A stretch of 64,000 nt of DNA, taken from an uncultured Acidimicrobiaceae bacterium (GTDB taxonomy: Bacteria; Actinomycetota; Acidimicrobiia; Spongiisociales; ZC4RG35). Positions 48,019 through 57,766 of this stretch are shown here, piece after piece (position 1 is the first letter of the stretch; each line of letters begins with the position of its first letter). The notes under the pieces are model-generated. The model was not told the DNA's origin and searched no databases. It saw only the letters and a program-made list of their open reading frames with translations. The position numbers and the translations under genes were made by a program. The DNA lies in the NCBI GenBank assembly GCA_964653975.1, contig CAZZIG010000070.1, forward strand, positions 3,198 to 67,197, written 5' to 3'.

Positions 48019-48537
48019 TTGGAGCAGTTCAAGGCACTCTTCGAGGAGACCAGGCTGGCCATCGTCGATCTGCTGCTGGAACGGGCCGCCACCAACAAAG
48101 ACCTCGCCGAAGCCTTGGACAAGCCAAAAGGGACCATCGGCCACCACCTCTCCGTACTGGAGGACGCCGGTCTCATCCGCGTGGTGCGGACGAAGATGGT
48201 GCGCGCCATCGAGGCGAAGTACTACGGGAGGGTGGCCCGGACCTACTTCCTGGCGGACAAGGCCGACGTGGGCTTCGGGTTGGCGCCGGACCACTTCCTG
48301 CAGAGCGCTGCAGCCGATTTCGCCAAGGTGGAGGATTCGTCCACCGGCACATTGAGCACCCTGCGTTACGCACGGATCCCCGACGAGCGGGCCGACGAGT
48401 GGGTGGAGAGGCTCATCGAACTGGCGCATGAGTTCACCGCCGAAGCGCGCGGTGGTGAGACCACCTACGGGCTGCTACTCGCCATGTACCCCACCGACCG
48501 TCCCCGCCTGCCCGACCCCGACGAGGACGACCGGTGA
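48019..48537 (+). CDS. ArsR-family transcriptional regulator
   Basis: …FEETRLAIVDLLLERAATNKDLAEALDKPKGTIGHHLSVLEDAGLI…; TTG start; paired with the downstream MFS gene (TGA/ATG overlap). Confidence 0.75.
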   Translation: MEQFKALFEETRLAIVDLLLERAATNKDLAEALDKPKGTIGHHLSVLEDAGLIRVVRTKMVRAIEAKYYGRVARTYFLADKADVGFGLAPDHFLQSAAADFAKVEDSSTGTLSTLRYARIPDERADEWVERLIELAHEFTAEARGGETTYGLLLAMYPTDRPRLPDPDEDDR

Positions 48538-49850
48538 GCCGGCCGCTCGGGCGCAACTATTGGAAGCTGTTCTCCGCCTCGGTGGTCTCCAACCTGGGCG
48601 ACGGCATATCGATCATCGCCTACCCCTGGTTGGCATCGGCACTCACCCGCGACCCGCTCCACATCGCCGCGGTCGCGGTGGTCACCAGGATCCCTTGGCT
48701 GCTCTTCAGCCTGCCGGCGGGTGTCATCACCGACCGGGTCGACCGGCGCCGGTTGGTGGCGTGGATGGATGTCTTCCGCTTCCTGTTCACCCTGGGAGTG
48801 GCCTTCGCGGTCTTCACGGTGCAAGCCGATCTGTCCTCACCCGACGACATCGCCTCTGGAGTGGCGTCACCCCCTGAGAGCGCCCCGCTGCTGCTCGGGC
48901 TCGTCTATCTGGCCGCCCTCCTGCTGGGAACCGCGGAGGTGTTCCGCGACAACTCGGCGCAGACCTTGATGCCCTCGATCGTGGACAAGTCGGTCCTGGA
49001 GAAGGCCAATGGCCGCATGTGGGGCGCCGAGATGGTCACCAACGCCTTCCTCGGCCCTCCCCTCGCCGGTGTGCTCCTCGCCGCCGCATTCGCCCTGCCG
49101 TTCTTCATCGATGCCGGGACGTTTGCCGTGGCCGCCGCCCTCGTTTTCATGATCGGCGGGTCCTTCCGACCGAACCAGGAGGACGACACCCCGGTGCCCG
49201 CCAGCTTCTGGGACGATCTCAAGGAGGGGGTCAGATGGCTGTGGGGCCACGCCCTGTTCCGCCCGATGGCTATCGCCCTGGGAGTCGCCAACGCCACCAA
49301 CACGATGGCCACGGCGACCTTCGTTCTCTTCGCCCAGGAAGTGCTGCAACTCGACGCCACCCGGTTCGGATTGCTCACCACGGGGTTTGCGGTGGGCGGC
49401 GTCATCGGGTCGTTCACCGCCGATCGCATCTCGCGGAAGCTGGGCCAGGGCGCTTCCTTGCTCTGGTCGATCGTGATCTTCATCCTCACCCTGTTGGGCA
49501 GCGGCCTCACCTCGTCGTTCTGGGTGTTCTGGTCGATGGGGGTGGTCATGTCGATCAGTGTCATGTTGTGGAATGTGATCACCGTGTCCCTGCGTCAGAC
49601 TCTGATCCCGGACCGTCTCCTCGGCCGGGTCAACTCCGTCTACCGGTTCCTGGGGTGGGGCATGATGCCGATCGGCGCCGTGCTCGGGGGAACAGCGGTG
49701 GCCGTTGCGGAACCGGTCCTCGGAAGGGAATGGGCCCTGCGTTGGCCGTTTCTGGCCGCGGCACTCATCAACGTGGCCCTGTTCGTCTATGCGTTGCCCC
49801 GACTCAATTCGGCCCGGATCGCCGAGGCGAGGGAGCGGGCGGAGGTCTAG
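48534..49850 (+). CDS. MFS transporter
   Basis: Twelve TM helices; conserved loop 2-3 (…GVITDRVDRRRLV…). Confidence 0.8.
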   Translation: MSRPLGRNYWKLFSASVVSNLGDGISIIAYPWLASALTRDPLHIAAVAVVTRIPWLLFSLPAGVITDRVDRRRLVAWMDVFRFLFTLGVAFAVFTVQADLSSPDDIASGVASPPESAPLLLGLVYLAALLLGTAEVFRDNSAQTLMPSIVDKSVLEKANGRMWGAEMVTNAFLGPPLAGVLLAAAFALPFFIDAGTFAVAAALVFMIGGSFRPNQEDDTPVPASFWDDLKEGVRWLWGHALFRPMAIALGVANATNTMATATFVLFAQEVLQLDATRFGLLTTGFAVGGVIGSFTADRISRKLGQGASLLWSIVIFILTLLGSGLTSSFWVFWSMGVVMSISVMLWNVITVSLRQTLIPDRLLGRVNSVYRFLGWGMMPIGAVLGGTAVAVAEPVLGREWALRWPFLAAALINVALFVYALPRLNSARIAEARERAEV

Positions 49851-51625
49851 ACCCGCCGCAACGCCGGGTGATCGGCCAGCTCCCCGGGGACGTCGATCTC
49901 CAAGTCGAGCAGCTGCTGGGCCACTGCCTTGCCCTGGGGGTCGAAACGGAGCGAGGCCGTGCCCCCGGCGCCGAGCCCTCCTTCCAGGACGAAGTTCAGG
50001 GCATGGATTCCGACCAGCTCATGACGTCTCACCTCGTCGGCACCGAGATGGGCTAGGTGCTCGGCGACTCTTCGTTCGGTGAGCTCCCGCTGGATGACCG
50101 GCCAGAAGACCGGGTCCCGGGCTCTGATGCCGATGTTGAGATCGGCTCCCTTGTCCCCGGACCGCCCGTGGGCGATGGTGACCAACGGTGCGGTGAAGGT
50201 CCCACCTGTCCTGGGAGCCTCCCTACGTCCGGTATCTGTCGAAGCGAACTCGGTCCGGGACACGGCTGGCGAAAACGCGGCGCCCGCGGGTGTGTCGTCG
50301 AACTCGACGGGCATCCCACCGACCTCGACGCGAGTTTGCGGCGCGTCACGGGGGACCGGGAAGCACTCCAGGCGGAGCAGTGGAGAGGGTCTGGGGAGAC
50401 CGGCACCGCCGCCCGACACTCCCGGAGGCCCGCTCAAGCCGATCGAGGGGATCTCGCGTATGAACGTCGCAACCGCCTCCCGGCTCTCGTGGTGGACGGC
50501 GATCTTCAGGACGACCTCACGGGCGGACTGCGCCCGGGAGTGGGGCCCGTAGGTGTCCTCGCTCCCCAAGACCTCGACATGTGTCTCCCTGAAGTCGGCG
50601 AGACCTGACCGGGCGAGCATGGCCCGCCCACGGGCGATCAGGTCGTCGCCGACGCGCTGCGCCTTAGCCACCGCGTCTCGTCCCCCGATGAACAACAGGC
50701 TCTGTGCCCTCCACCCGTCCGGGATCTGGACACATCCCTTGAGGAACTCGGGTGGAGGTTTCCCCCTCGCTCCGGCCACGGCCACCAGACGCGGCCCGAC
50801 CTGGTCCACGGTGACCCCGGACCAGTCACAAGTCACGTCGGGCAGGAGATAGGCAGTGGGATCAGATATCTCGTAGAGCAGCTGCTCGGTGACCGTGCGC
50901 ACGTCGATCAGGGCATCGGTGTCCTCGGGAGCAGTGATCACGAAGCTTCCGTCTGATGCGACCTCGACCAACGGATAGCCGGGATTGGTCCAACTGGGTG
51001 TGTCTTCCCAATCGGTGAGGAGGCCGCCGGTCGACTGAGGCCCACACTCGATGAGATGCCCGGCGAGTGAACCAGCTGAGAGCAGATCGAGGTCGTCGAA
51101 GCTCCAGCCGAATTCGTGAATGAGAGGACCCAGGACGAGTGCGGAGTCGACGACGCGCCCGGTGACCACCACTTCGGCACCAGCGTCGAGGGCTGCGGCG
51201 ATCGGGCGGGCTCCGAGATAGACGTTTGCCGAGAGGGGCTCTCCGTCGAGATCGGCCGACTCGAGAACGGGCTGACCCATGAGATCGTCACCGGACACCA
51301 CACCGACGGCCACCGTCGAGTCGGCTTCGCGGATCACATCCGCGGCCGCATGTGGATTGACACCTCCCGCATTGGTCACGACCTTCATCCCCCGCTCTCG
51401 ATATCCGGCCAAATTGGCGGCGATCACCTCGATGATGTCGCGGGCATAGCCCTGTCCGGGATCCGTGATCTTCGCTCGGGTGAGAACTGCCATCGTTGTC
51501 TCGGCGAGACCTTCGTAGACGATGTAGTCACTACGACCGTCGGCTAGCAGCTGGGGAGTGGACAAGGAGGAGTCACCCCAGGCACCCGCAGCTCCTGAGA
51601 GGACGACCTTTCGAGTTCCGGCCAT
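49847..51625 (-). CDS. AtuA-like acyclic terpene utilisation family protein (DUF1446 plus C-terminal domain)
   Basis: MAGTRKVVLSGAAGAWGDSSLSTPQLLADGRSDYIVYEGLAETTMAVLTRAK… is the characteristic AtuA N-terminus. Confidence 0.7.
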   Translation of the reverse strand: MAGTRKVVLSGAAGAWGDSSLSTPQLLADGRSDYIVYEGLAETTMAVLTRAKITDPGQGYARDIIEVIAANLAGYRERGMKVVTNAGGVNPHAAADVIREADSTVAVGVVSGDDLMGQPVLESADLDGEPLSANVYLGARPIAAALDAGAEVVVTGRVVDSALVLGPLIHEFGWSFDDLDLLSAGSLAGHLIECGPQSTGGLLTDWEDTPSWTNPGYPLVEVASDGSFVITAPEDTDALIDVRTVTEQLLYEISDPTAYLLPDVTCDWSGVTVDQVGPRLVAVAGARGKPPPEFLKGCVQIPDGWRAQSLLFIGGRDAVAKAQRVGDDLIARGRAMLARSGLADFRETHVEVLGSEDTYGPHSRAQSAREVVLKIAVHHESREAVATFIREIPSIGLSGPPGVSGGGAGLPRPSPLLRLECFPVPRDAPQTRVEVGGMPVEFDDTPAGAAFSPAVSRTEFASTDTGRREAPRTGGTFTAPLVTIAHGRSGDKGADLNIGIRARDPVFWPVIQRELTERRVAEHLAHLGADEVRRHELVGIHALNFVLEGGLGAGGTASLRFDPQGKAVAQQLLDLEIDVPGELADHPALRRV

Positions 51626-51663
51626 CGGCAGAAACTAACCTCGCCATCCCCGGTGCGCCCCCG

Positions 51664-52818
51664 ATGAACCTCTCACCCTTCACCCAAGAGCACGACCTCC
51701 TCCGCCAGGTAGTCCGCGAGTGGGTCGACACCGCGATCGCCCCGCACCTGAGCAAGTGGGAGGAGGCCGGTGACTTCCCCGACGAGATCTTCCATCGCGC
51801 AGGCGAGCTCGGCTTCCTCGGTCTCGCCTTCCCAGAGTCGGCAGGCGGCCAGGGAGGCGATTACTGGAGCCAGGTGGTCTTCCTCGAAGAGGTGGGGCGG
51901 GTCAGCCAGGCGATCGCCATGGTGCTCTCCGTCCAGACCGACATGGCGACACCCCCCATCCTCGAATTCGGCACCCAAGACCAGATCGACCGCTGGTTGA
52001 GACCCGCCCTGCGCGGCGAGTTGATCGGTGCCATCGGGATCACCGAGCCCGACACCGGATCGGACGTGGCATCGATCCGGACCCGGGCGGTACGCGACGG
52101 GGATGAGTGGGTGCTCAACGGGTCGAAGATGTACATCACCAACGGAGCCAGAGCAGACTTCATCACCATGGTGGTCCGCACCGGGGATCACCACTCGGAC
52201 AACCCGTGGTCCGGCATCTCGATGTTCATCGTCGACACGAGCCTGCCCGGCTTCGAAGTCTCACAACGACTCGAGAAGTCGGGGATGAAGCTGTCTGACA
52301 CTGCCCTGCTCTACGTGGACGACATGCGTCTGCCAGCCGACGCCCTTCTCGGTGTGGAGGGTGAAGGGTTCAAGCAGATCATGTGGGAGCTGCAGGGGGA
52401 GCGTCTCGGGGTGTCGGTCTTCGGCGTGGCCGGAGCCCGCGCCGTCCTCGACGAGGCGGTGCGCCATGCTGGGGAGCGCGAGGCGTTCGGAAGGCCAATC
52501 GGCGACTTCCAGGCGGTGTCACACCGTCTCGCCGACATGGCCACAGAGGTCGAAGCAGTCCAGGCACTGGTCTACGAGTGCTGCGACCTGTGGAATCGCG
52601 GGACCTACGCCACCGAGGAGGTGGCGATGGCCAAGCTGGCCGTCGGCCAGCTTTCGAATCGTGTGGCCGACGTGGCGGTGCAGACATTGGGCGGCGCCGG
52701 TCTGGTAACGGGGACCTTCGTCTCCAGAGAGTGGCTCGGCATGCGCATCGGCCGTATCGGGGGCGGGTCCGACGAAGTGCAGCGTCAGATCCTCGCCCGG
52801 ATCATGGGCATCGGATGA
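51664..52818 (+). CDS. acyl-CoA dehydrogenase
   Basis: …IGAIGITEPDTGSDVASIRTRAVRDGDEWVLNGSKMYITNG…QTLGGAGL…; start at the internal ATG at 51664. Confidence 0.88.
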   Translation: MNLSPFTQEHDLLRQVVREWVDTAIAPHLSKWEEAGDFPDEIFHRAGELGFLGLAFPESAGGQGGDYWSQVVFLEEVGRVSQAIAMVLSVQTDMATPPILEFGTQDQIDRWLRPALRGELIGAIGITEPDTGSDVASIRTRAVRDGDEWVLNGSKMYITNGARADFITMVVRTGDHHSDNPWSGISMFIVDTSLPGFEVSQRLEKSGMKLSDTALLYVDDMRLPADALLGVEGEGFKQIMWELQGERLGVSVFGVAGARAVLDEAVRHAGEREAFGRPIGDFQAVSHRLADMATEVEAVQALVYECCDLWNRGTYATEEVAMAKLAVGQLSNRVADVAVQTLGGAGLVTGTFVSREWLGMRIGRIGGGSDEVQRQILARIMGIG

Positions 52819-53996
52819 GCGGTTTCGAGCCTCTGTTCCGGGAAGAGCACGAGGCCTATCGCGAGGCCGCTCGCCGGTTCGTGTCTGCTGAGATCGCACC
52901 CCATGCCGACGACTGGGAGAGGGCACGGGACTATCCGCGGGATCTGTTCTCCAAGGTCGGGGCCGCCGGGCTCTTCGGCGCCAAGTTTGGCGACGAGTGG
53001 GGCGGGACAGGGCCGGATTTCGCCGCCGAGGCGGTTTGGATCGAGGAGCTGAGCAAGGGCCTCACCTATGGCACCGCAGCCGACCTCGGGGCTCACAGCC
53101 AACTCGCCTCCCTCTACATAGACCGCTTCGGGGACGAAGAGCTCAAGGAGCGCTACCTGCGTCCCTCAATCGATGGGTCGAAGCTCGGTGCACTGGCGAT
53201 AACCGAGCCGGGGACGGGAAGCGATGTGAACGGGATCGTCACCCGGGCGCGTCGCGACGGCGACGAGTGGGTCATCACGGGGTCGAAGGTCTTCATAACC
53301 AACGGCTCCTGGTCCGACTACGTGGTGTTGGCGGCACGAACCGCGGATGACCCAGGGCACGACAACATCACCCTGTTCGTCGTCGAGACCGACAGCCCCG
53401 GGTTCGAACGGACTCGCATGGACCTGATCTCCTGGCACACCTCACACACCGGCGAGCTCTTCATGGACGACGTTCGGGTTCCCGACGAGAACCGCATCGG
53501 TGACGTGGGGTCAGGATTCCGCCATATCATGAGCAACTTCCAATGGGAGCGGCTGATGATGGCCCTGTCGGCAGTAGCCCTCGCCGAGCTCGCGCTGGAG
53601 ACCGGCCTGGCCTATGCCCGGGAACGCAAGGCCTTTGGGCGGCCGATCATCGGGTTCCAGGTCTGGCAGCACCGTTTCGCCGATCTGGCGACGCGGATTC
53701 GCACCGGCAAGGCCCTCACGTATCGGGCCCTCCGTCTCCACATCGCAGCCGAGACCGGCACGTCGGTTTCCCGTGCGGAGCTGGTGCGGCTCACCTCGAT
53801 GGCGAAGCTGCACACCCAACGTCTCGCCTGGCAGGCAGCCGACGAATGCGTCCAGGTACACGGGGGCGCCGGCGCACTGATGGAGTACCCGGCGCAACGT
53901 CTCTGGCGCGACACCCGGGTCGGCCCGATCGGTGGTGGCACCGACGACATCATGCGCAACATCATCGCCGCGACCATGGGTTTGGGGGCGGCGTGA
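52815..53996 (+). CDS. acyl-CoA dehydrogenase (second copy, translationally coupled)
   Basis: ATGA overlap with the upstream ACAD; …LGALAITEPGTGSDVNGIVTRARRDGDEWVITGSKVFITNG…QVHGGAG…. Confidence 0.88.
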   Translation: MSGFEPLFREEHEAYREAARRFVSAEIAPHADDWERARDYPRDLFSKVGAAGLFGAKFGDEWGGTGPDFAAEAVWIEELSKGLTYGTAADLGAHSQLASLYIDRFGDEELKERYLRPSIDGSKLGALAITEPGTGSDVNGIVTRARRDGDEWVITGSKVFITNGSWSDYVVLAARTADDPGHDNITLFVVETDSPGFERTRMDLISWHTSHTGELFMDDVRVPDENRIGDVGSGFRHIMSNFQWERLMMALSAVALAELALETGLAYARERKAFGRPIIGFQVWQHRFADLATRIRTGKALTYRALRLHIAAETGTSVSRAELVRLTSMAKLHTQRLAWQAADECVQVHGGAGALMEYPAQRLWRDTRVGPIGGGTDDIMRNIIAATMGLGAA

Positions 53997-54042
53997 CGGT
54001 GGGCCGGGACCCGAGATCAGAACCCTGGGGCGTGTTCCCTGG

Positions 54043-54891
54043 TCAGAGACCGATCATGGGGGAGTCGTCACCGGGCTCTCGCCCGGCGGCCTCGGCCGCG
54101 GCCTGAAAGAAGCGGCCCTGCATCGCGTAGAGCCCGCCACCGTCGTTGGAGACGATCTGGCCGTTGAGCCAGCGAGCCTCAGGGAGGCAGAGCAGGGCGA
54201 TCGCCTCCGCCGCCACTTCCGGGGTGGCGGCCTCCCGGAGCGGGTGTGTCTCGACTTCGGCCCGCTTCAGCGTCTCGTAGAGCGGCCCGGTCATCATCCG
54301 GATCGAGTCGGTGTCGATGTAGCCGGGGAGCACTCCGACCGCGGTGACGCCGGCCGGGCCCAACTCGGCGGCCATGTAGCGCACGAGTGTCTCCATCGAC
54401 GACTTGGCCGCGGCGAGGAGACCGTGGGTCGGTATGTAGCCGACTGTGTCGGCACCGGAGACTGCGATGACCCGACCACCCGTCTTCTCCAGAAGGGGGA
54501 AAGCCAGTTGCACCATGAGGATGAAATGCCTGACCGAGATGGCGAACGTCTTGTCGACCTGATGCATCTTCAAGGCGAGCAGCGGCTTCAAGGCGGTGGC
54601 CGCCGCATTGGCGATGAGAAAGTCGAGCCGCTCCTCCGCAGAGGTGACCTGGTCGAACGTCTTGCGGACGCTGACCTCGTCCGTCAAGTCCATCTGGATC
54701 GCCCGGGCACCGGGAGTGTCCCCAGAGCACGCCTCGACCACAGTTTCCGCCGCGTCGGAATGTTGCCGGAAGGTGATGATGACCCTTGCGCCCCAGCGGG
54801 AGAGATGTCTGGCCGCCGCGGCGCCGAGACCGCGGCTGCCACCGGTGATGAGAGCGACTTTGCCTGCGAGAGGGAGGGTGCCGTCGATCAT
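54043..54891 (-). CDS. short-chain dehydrogenase/reductase (SDR)
   Basis: LAGKVALITGGSRGLGAAAA (TGxxxGxG); catalytic Y/K region in …GYIPTHGLLAAAKSSMETLVRY. Confidence 0.85.
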   Translation of the reverse strand: MIDGTLPLAGKVALITGGSRGLGAAAARHLSRWGARVIITFRQHSDAAETVVEACSGDTPGARAIQMDLTDEVSVRKTFDQVTSAEERLDFLIANAAATALKPLLALKMHQVDKTFAISVRHFILMVQLAFPLLEKTGGRVIAVSGADTVGYIPTHGLLAAAKSSMETLVRYMAAELGPAGVTAVGVLPGYIDTDSIRMMTGPLYETLKRAEVETHPLREAATPEVAAEAIALLCLPEARWLNGQIVSNDGGGLYAMQGRFFQAAAEAAGREPGDDSPMIGL

Positions 54892-54969
54892 GGCGGCACC
54901 CTATACCCACTCCCCCTACCGGGACCGCCCCCTCGACGGACCCGGCGCCCCCCAGTTCTTCACCGGCCG

Positions 54970-56370
54970 CTAGGCCGGCTTGATGTTCCTGTTGACCCGG
55001 AAGAGGTTCTCCGGGTCGTACTTGGCCTTCACCCCGGCCAGACGGGTGAGATTGCCGCGATACGACTCCGCAGTGCGCTCGTCCGGCTCGTCATCGGTCT
55101 GGAAGTTGATGTAGTTGCCTCCGGTGGAGTGACTCTTCAGCGTTGTCCAAGCCTGACGCACCCACTCCTGATTGGCCTCGGCCGGGCCCCCCTCCGGCCA
55201 CATGGATTGGATGACACAGGCGAAGGCCGCATCGCGGTTGCCCACGGCGCCGTCGGACTCATCGAACCCGGCGAGGGCGCCTTCGAGGTGGAAGAGGACA
55301 ATCTGGTTCGCCGGCGCGGTCATCCCTTCGAACTGGGCGCGATAGTCGGCCAGCAACCCGTCGCTGAGCCCGGGCAGGAACTCCGACTTCCAGTAATAGT
55401 GCATCCCCTTCGGCTGGGTGGCGTCGAGCATCGACTGTTGTGCGGTGTACTCCTTGACCTGGATCAGGTCGGCCCATGGCTCACCGTGAGACCGGATCTC
55501 GGCCAAATCCGCTTCTGCCTGGCCCGGGTCGCCGGTGTGGCACACCACGAATCCGATCATCGGCTTGCCGTGGTGCTCTTGGCTCAACCACGGCGCCGGC
55601 GGGGCGTTCCGCATGAGCATGGCGACAGTCATCTCTCGCGGCGCCGACGAGGTCACCCGGTGGAACAGATCGGTGATCGACTCGGCATCGTCGGCCGACC
55701 AAGCGATCAGTCCCGCGGTGACCTCAGGGCCGACGTCGTGGGTCCGGAAGACGAACTCGGTGACCACCCCGAAGTTCCCCCCGCCGCCTCGGATCGCCCA
55801 GAGGAGATCGTCGTTCTCGTCACGGGACGCCCTGATGACATCACCGTTCGCCGTGACCAGCTCCACCTCGAGCAGGTCGTCGACGGTCCAGCCGAACTGC
55901 CGGGTCAGATAACCGAACCCGCCACCGAGGGTGAGACCGGCCACACCCGTCTCGGAGACGAATCCCAGCGTCGTAGCTTGACCGTGTTGCTGGGTGGCGC
56001 GGTCGACGTCGCCCAGGTTGCATCCCGGCTGGACGGCGACCGTTCGAGCAACAGGATCCACATCCAAATCGCGCATCCGGGAGAAGTCGATGGTGACGCC
56101 TCCTTCGGACAGGGCGAGACCAGCGATGTTGTGGCCTCCACCCTTGATGGAGAGCTCGATGCGGTTGTCCCGGGCGAATGCCACGGTGGCGACCACATCG
56201 GCGACGGATGTCGGCTGGACAACCAGACCCGGGGTCTTGTCGATGGAGCCGTTCCATATGAGTGTCGCCTCGGCGAAGCCATCGTCGCCGGGAGTAAGCA
56301 CACTCCCCTCGACGGTGGCGGCGAACCGGTCGAGCGCATCCGACGGGGTGGTTGGTAATAGTGTCGTCAA
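54970..56370 (-). CDS. FAD-linked oxidase (PCMH-type FAD-binding plus BBE/berberine-bridge-like C-terminus)
   Basis: …RDNRIELSIKGGGHNIAGLAL…GGGFGYLTRQFGW…; TTG start at 56370 with SD gaggaaagg. The 808-aa plus-strand ORF over this region is antisense artefact. Confidence 0.8.
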   Translation of the reverse strand: MTTLLPTTPSDALDRFAATVEGSVLTPGDDGFAEATLIWNGSIDKTPGLVVQPTSVADVVATVAFARDNRIELSIKGGGHNIAGLALSEGGVTIDFSRMRDLDVDPVARTVAVQPGCNLGDVDRATQQHGQATTLGFVSETGVAGLTLGGGFGYLTRQFGWTVDDLLEVELVTANGDVIRASRDENDDLLWAIRGGGGNFGVVTEFVFRTHDVGPEVTAGLIAWSADDAESITDLFHRVTSSAPREMTVAMLMRNAPPAPWLSQEHHGKPMIGFVVCHTGDPGQAEADLAEIRSHGEPWADLIQVKEYTAQQSMLDATQPKGMHYYWKSEFLPGLSDGLLADYRAQFEGMTAPANQIVLFHLEGALAGFDESDGAVGNRDAAFACVIQSMWPEGGPAEANQEWVRQAWTTLKSHSTGGNYINFQTDDEPDERTAESYRGNLTRLAGVKAKYDPENLFRVNRNIKPA

Positions 56371-56488
56371 CCTTTCCTCACTTCCAGGAGTGGGCGTATT
56401 GTCAGGCCGGGCACTGGCAGTTGCCTTGCAGCCTCCTTGCAGCTGCTTGCGGTGATGGCGCCCCCCTCGCACCCACTCGGTCGTAAGG

Positions 56489-57766
56489 CTACTTCCACCA
56501 CCGAAGCTTCCCTGAGTCTTCGAAACCAACACTCTCGTAGAAGGCAGCGGCATGACTGCCGTCGTCCGTCACGACACGGACTGTGTGCATCCCCGCAGCT
56601 CTCATCTCGGAGAGGCCGTGGTAGATCAAAGCTCGCCCCAAACCCCGACGTTGGAAGTCTGGATGTGTGCCAAAAGGCTCGATCTGGGCGACCCCCGAGG
56701 GATCCTTCCACCACACCATGAAAGCGGCAACCTTGCCTTGGGGCGTCACGACGACGAGATCCCGGTCCGGCACATAGACCGGGGATCTCATGAAATTCAG
56801 ATATCGCTGTAGATGCATCGCACCGGGCATCGTCGAGCCGAAGGCCGCATGGGACGCGGCCCGGCGCGAGTTGGCCTCGGCTTCTCCCGCTACCGACCGG
56901 AGGGCCCATCCTCTGGGCAGGTCCGGACGGGGAATCCGGCGGGTGGCCAGGTCCCACCGATGGACGCTGTGGACGTACGTCGGCTCATAGCCATCACGCT
57001 CCAACTCGTCGATGAGCGCTCGATCCTCATCAGCGACCCAACCGATCTCCCCCGCCCCGCCAAGACGTCGTTGTGACCACCGGATCAGTGGCATCCGGTC
57101 GGCACCGGGGCGGGTGAACACGCCGACCTCGCCGTCATGGGGGCCTCGGGTGTCGATCGTGGCGAAGCCCGAGTCGCCGTGGATCCAGGTGGAGAAGTGG
57201 TCTGGGAACCGGGGGTCGTCGTGGTAAAGCCACCACGAATAGTCCCCGGGGTGGATGTAATAGGGCCCGTCCCCCACTCTCAAGCCGTCCGAGAGGATCG
57301 AGTGGATCAGTTGGAGGTCGTCGCGGGTGGCCGGTCGGATCCCGGGTGCGATCGGATCAGGGTTTGAATCCACCTCCAGATGCGCGGTGTCCAGGCCGTG
57401 GCTCGATGCTCCGAGAACCGCCATGGCCACATACCAGTCGTATGGGGGTCCCGGATGCGGCCCGCCTTCGAAACTGTATGTGAGAACTGCCTCACCGTCG
57501 ACTGTGACGACTAGCGGCGTGTACCCCGGCTCTGCCGAGTCGAGTGCATGTCGCTCATCATCCGCTACGTCGTATATGACACCGGGAGTGGCTGCGGCGG
57601 GATCTGGACGGATGTTGAGTTTCGCCGACCCATCATCGGATGGCTTGTCGTAGGCCACCCTCCAGCCTTCGAGAGTGCCCGTGGCCACCGCGGTCGCCGA
57701 GGCGCAGCGGCTTCTCATCTGGGGGACCCAGAGATTCGAGCCGTACGCGAAATAGCGAAACGTCAA
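56489..57766 (-). CDS. fusion protein: N-terminal gamma-glutamyl-cyclotransferase (AIG2/GGCT-like) plus C-terminal GNAT acetyltransferase (MshD-like tandem fold)
   Basis: N-terminus MTFRYFAYGSNLWVPQM (GGCT YGSNL motif); C-terminus …GVAQIEPFGTHPDFQRRGLGRALIYHGL… GNAT acetyl-CoA motif. Confidence 0.65.
   Translation of the reverse strand: MTFRYFAYGSNLWVPQMRSRCASATAVATGTLEGWRVAYDKPSDDGSAKLNIRPDPAAATPGVIYDVADDERHALDSAEPGYTPLVVTVDGEAVLTYSFEGGPHPGPPYDWYVAMAVLGASSHGLDTAHLEVDSNPDPIAPGIRPATRDDLQLIHSILSDGLRVGDGPYYIHPGDYSWWLYHDDPRFPDHFSTWIHGDSGFATIDTRGPHDGEVGVFTRPGADRMPLIRWSQRRLGGAGEIGWVADEDRALIDELERDGYEPTYVHSVHRWDLATRRIPRPDLPRGWALRSVAGEAEANSRRAASHAAFGSTMPGAMHLQRYLNFMRSPVYVPDRDLVVVTPQGKVAAFMVWWKDPSGVAQIEPFGTHPDFQRRGLGRALIYHGLSEMRAAGMHTVRVVTDDGSHAAAFYESVGFEDSGKLRWWK

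Noticed and set aside
53932-56358. 808-aa plus-strand ORF, the longest in the track
   Set aside because: Lies antisense across the SDR and BBE-like oxidase genes, which have clear catalytic motifs; no domain recognisable.
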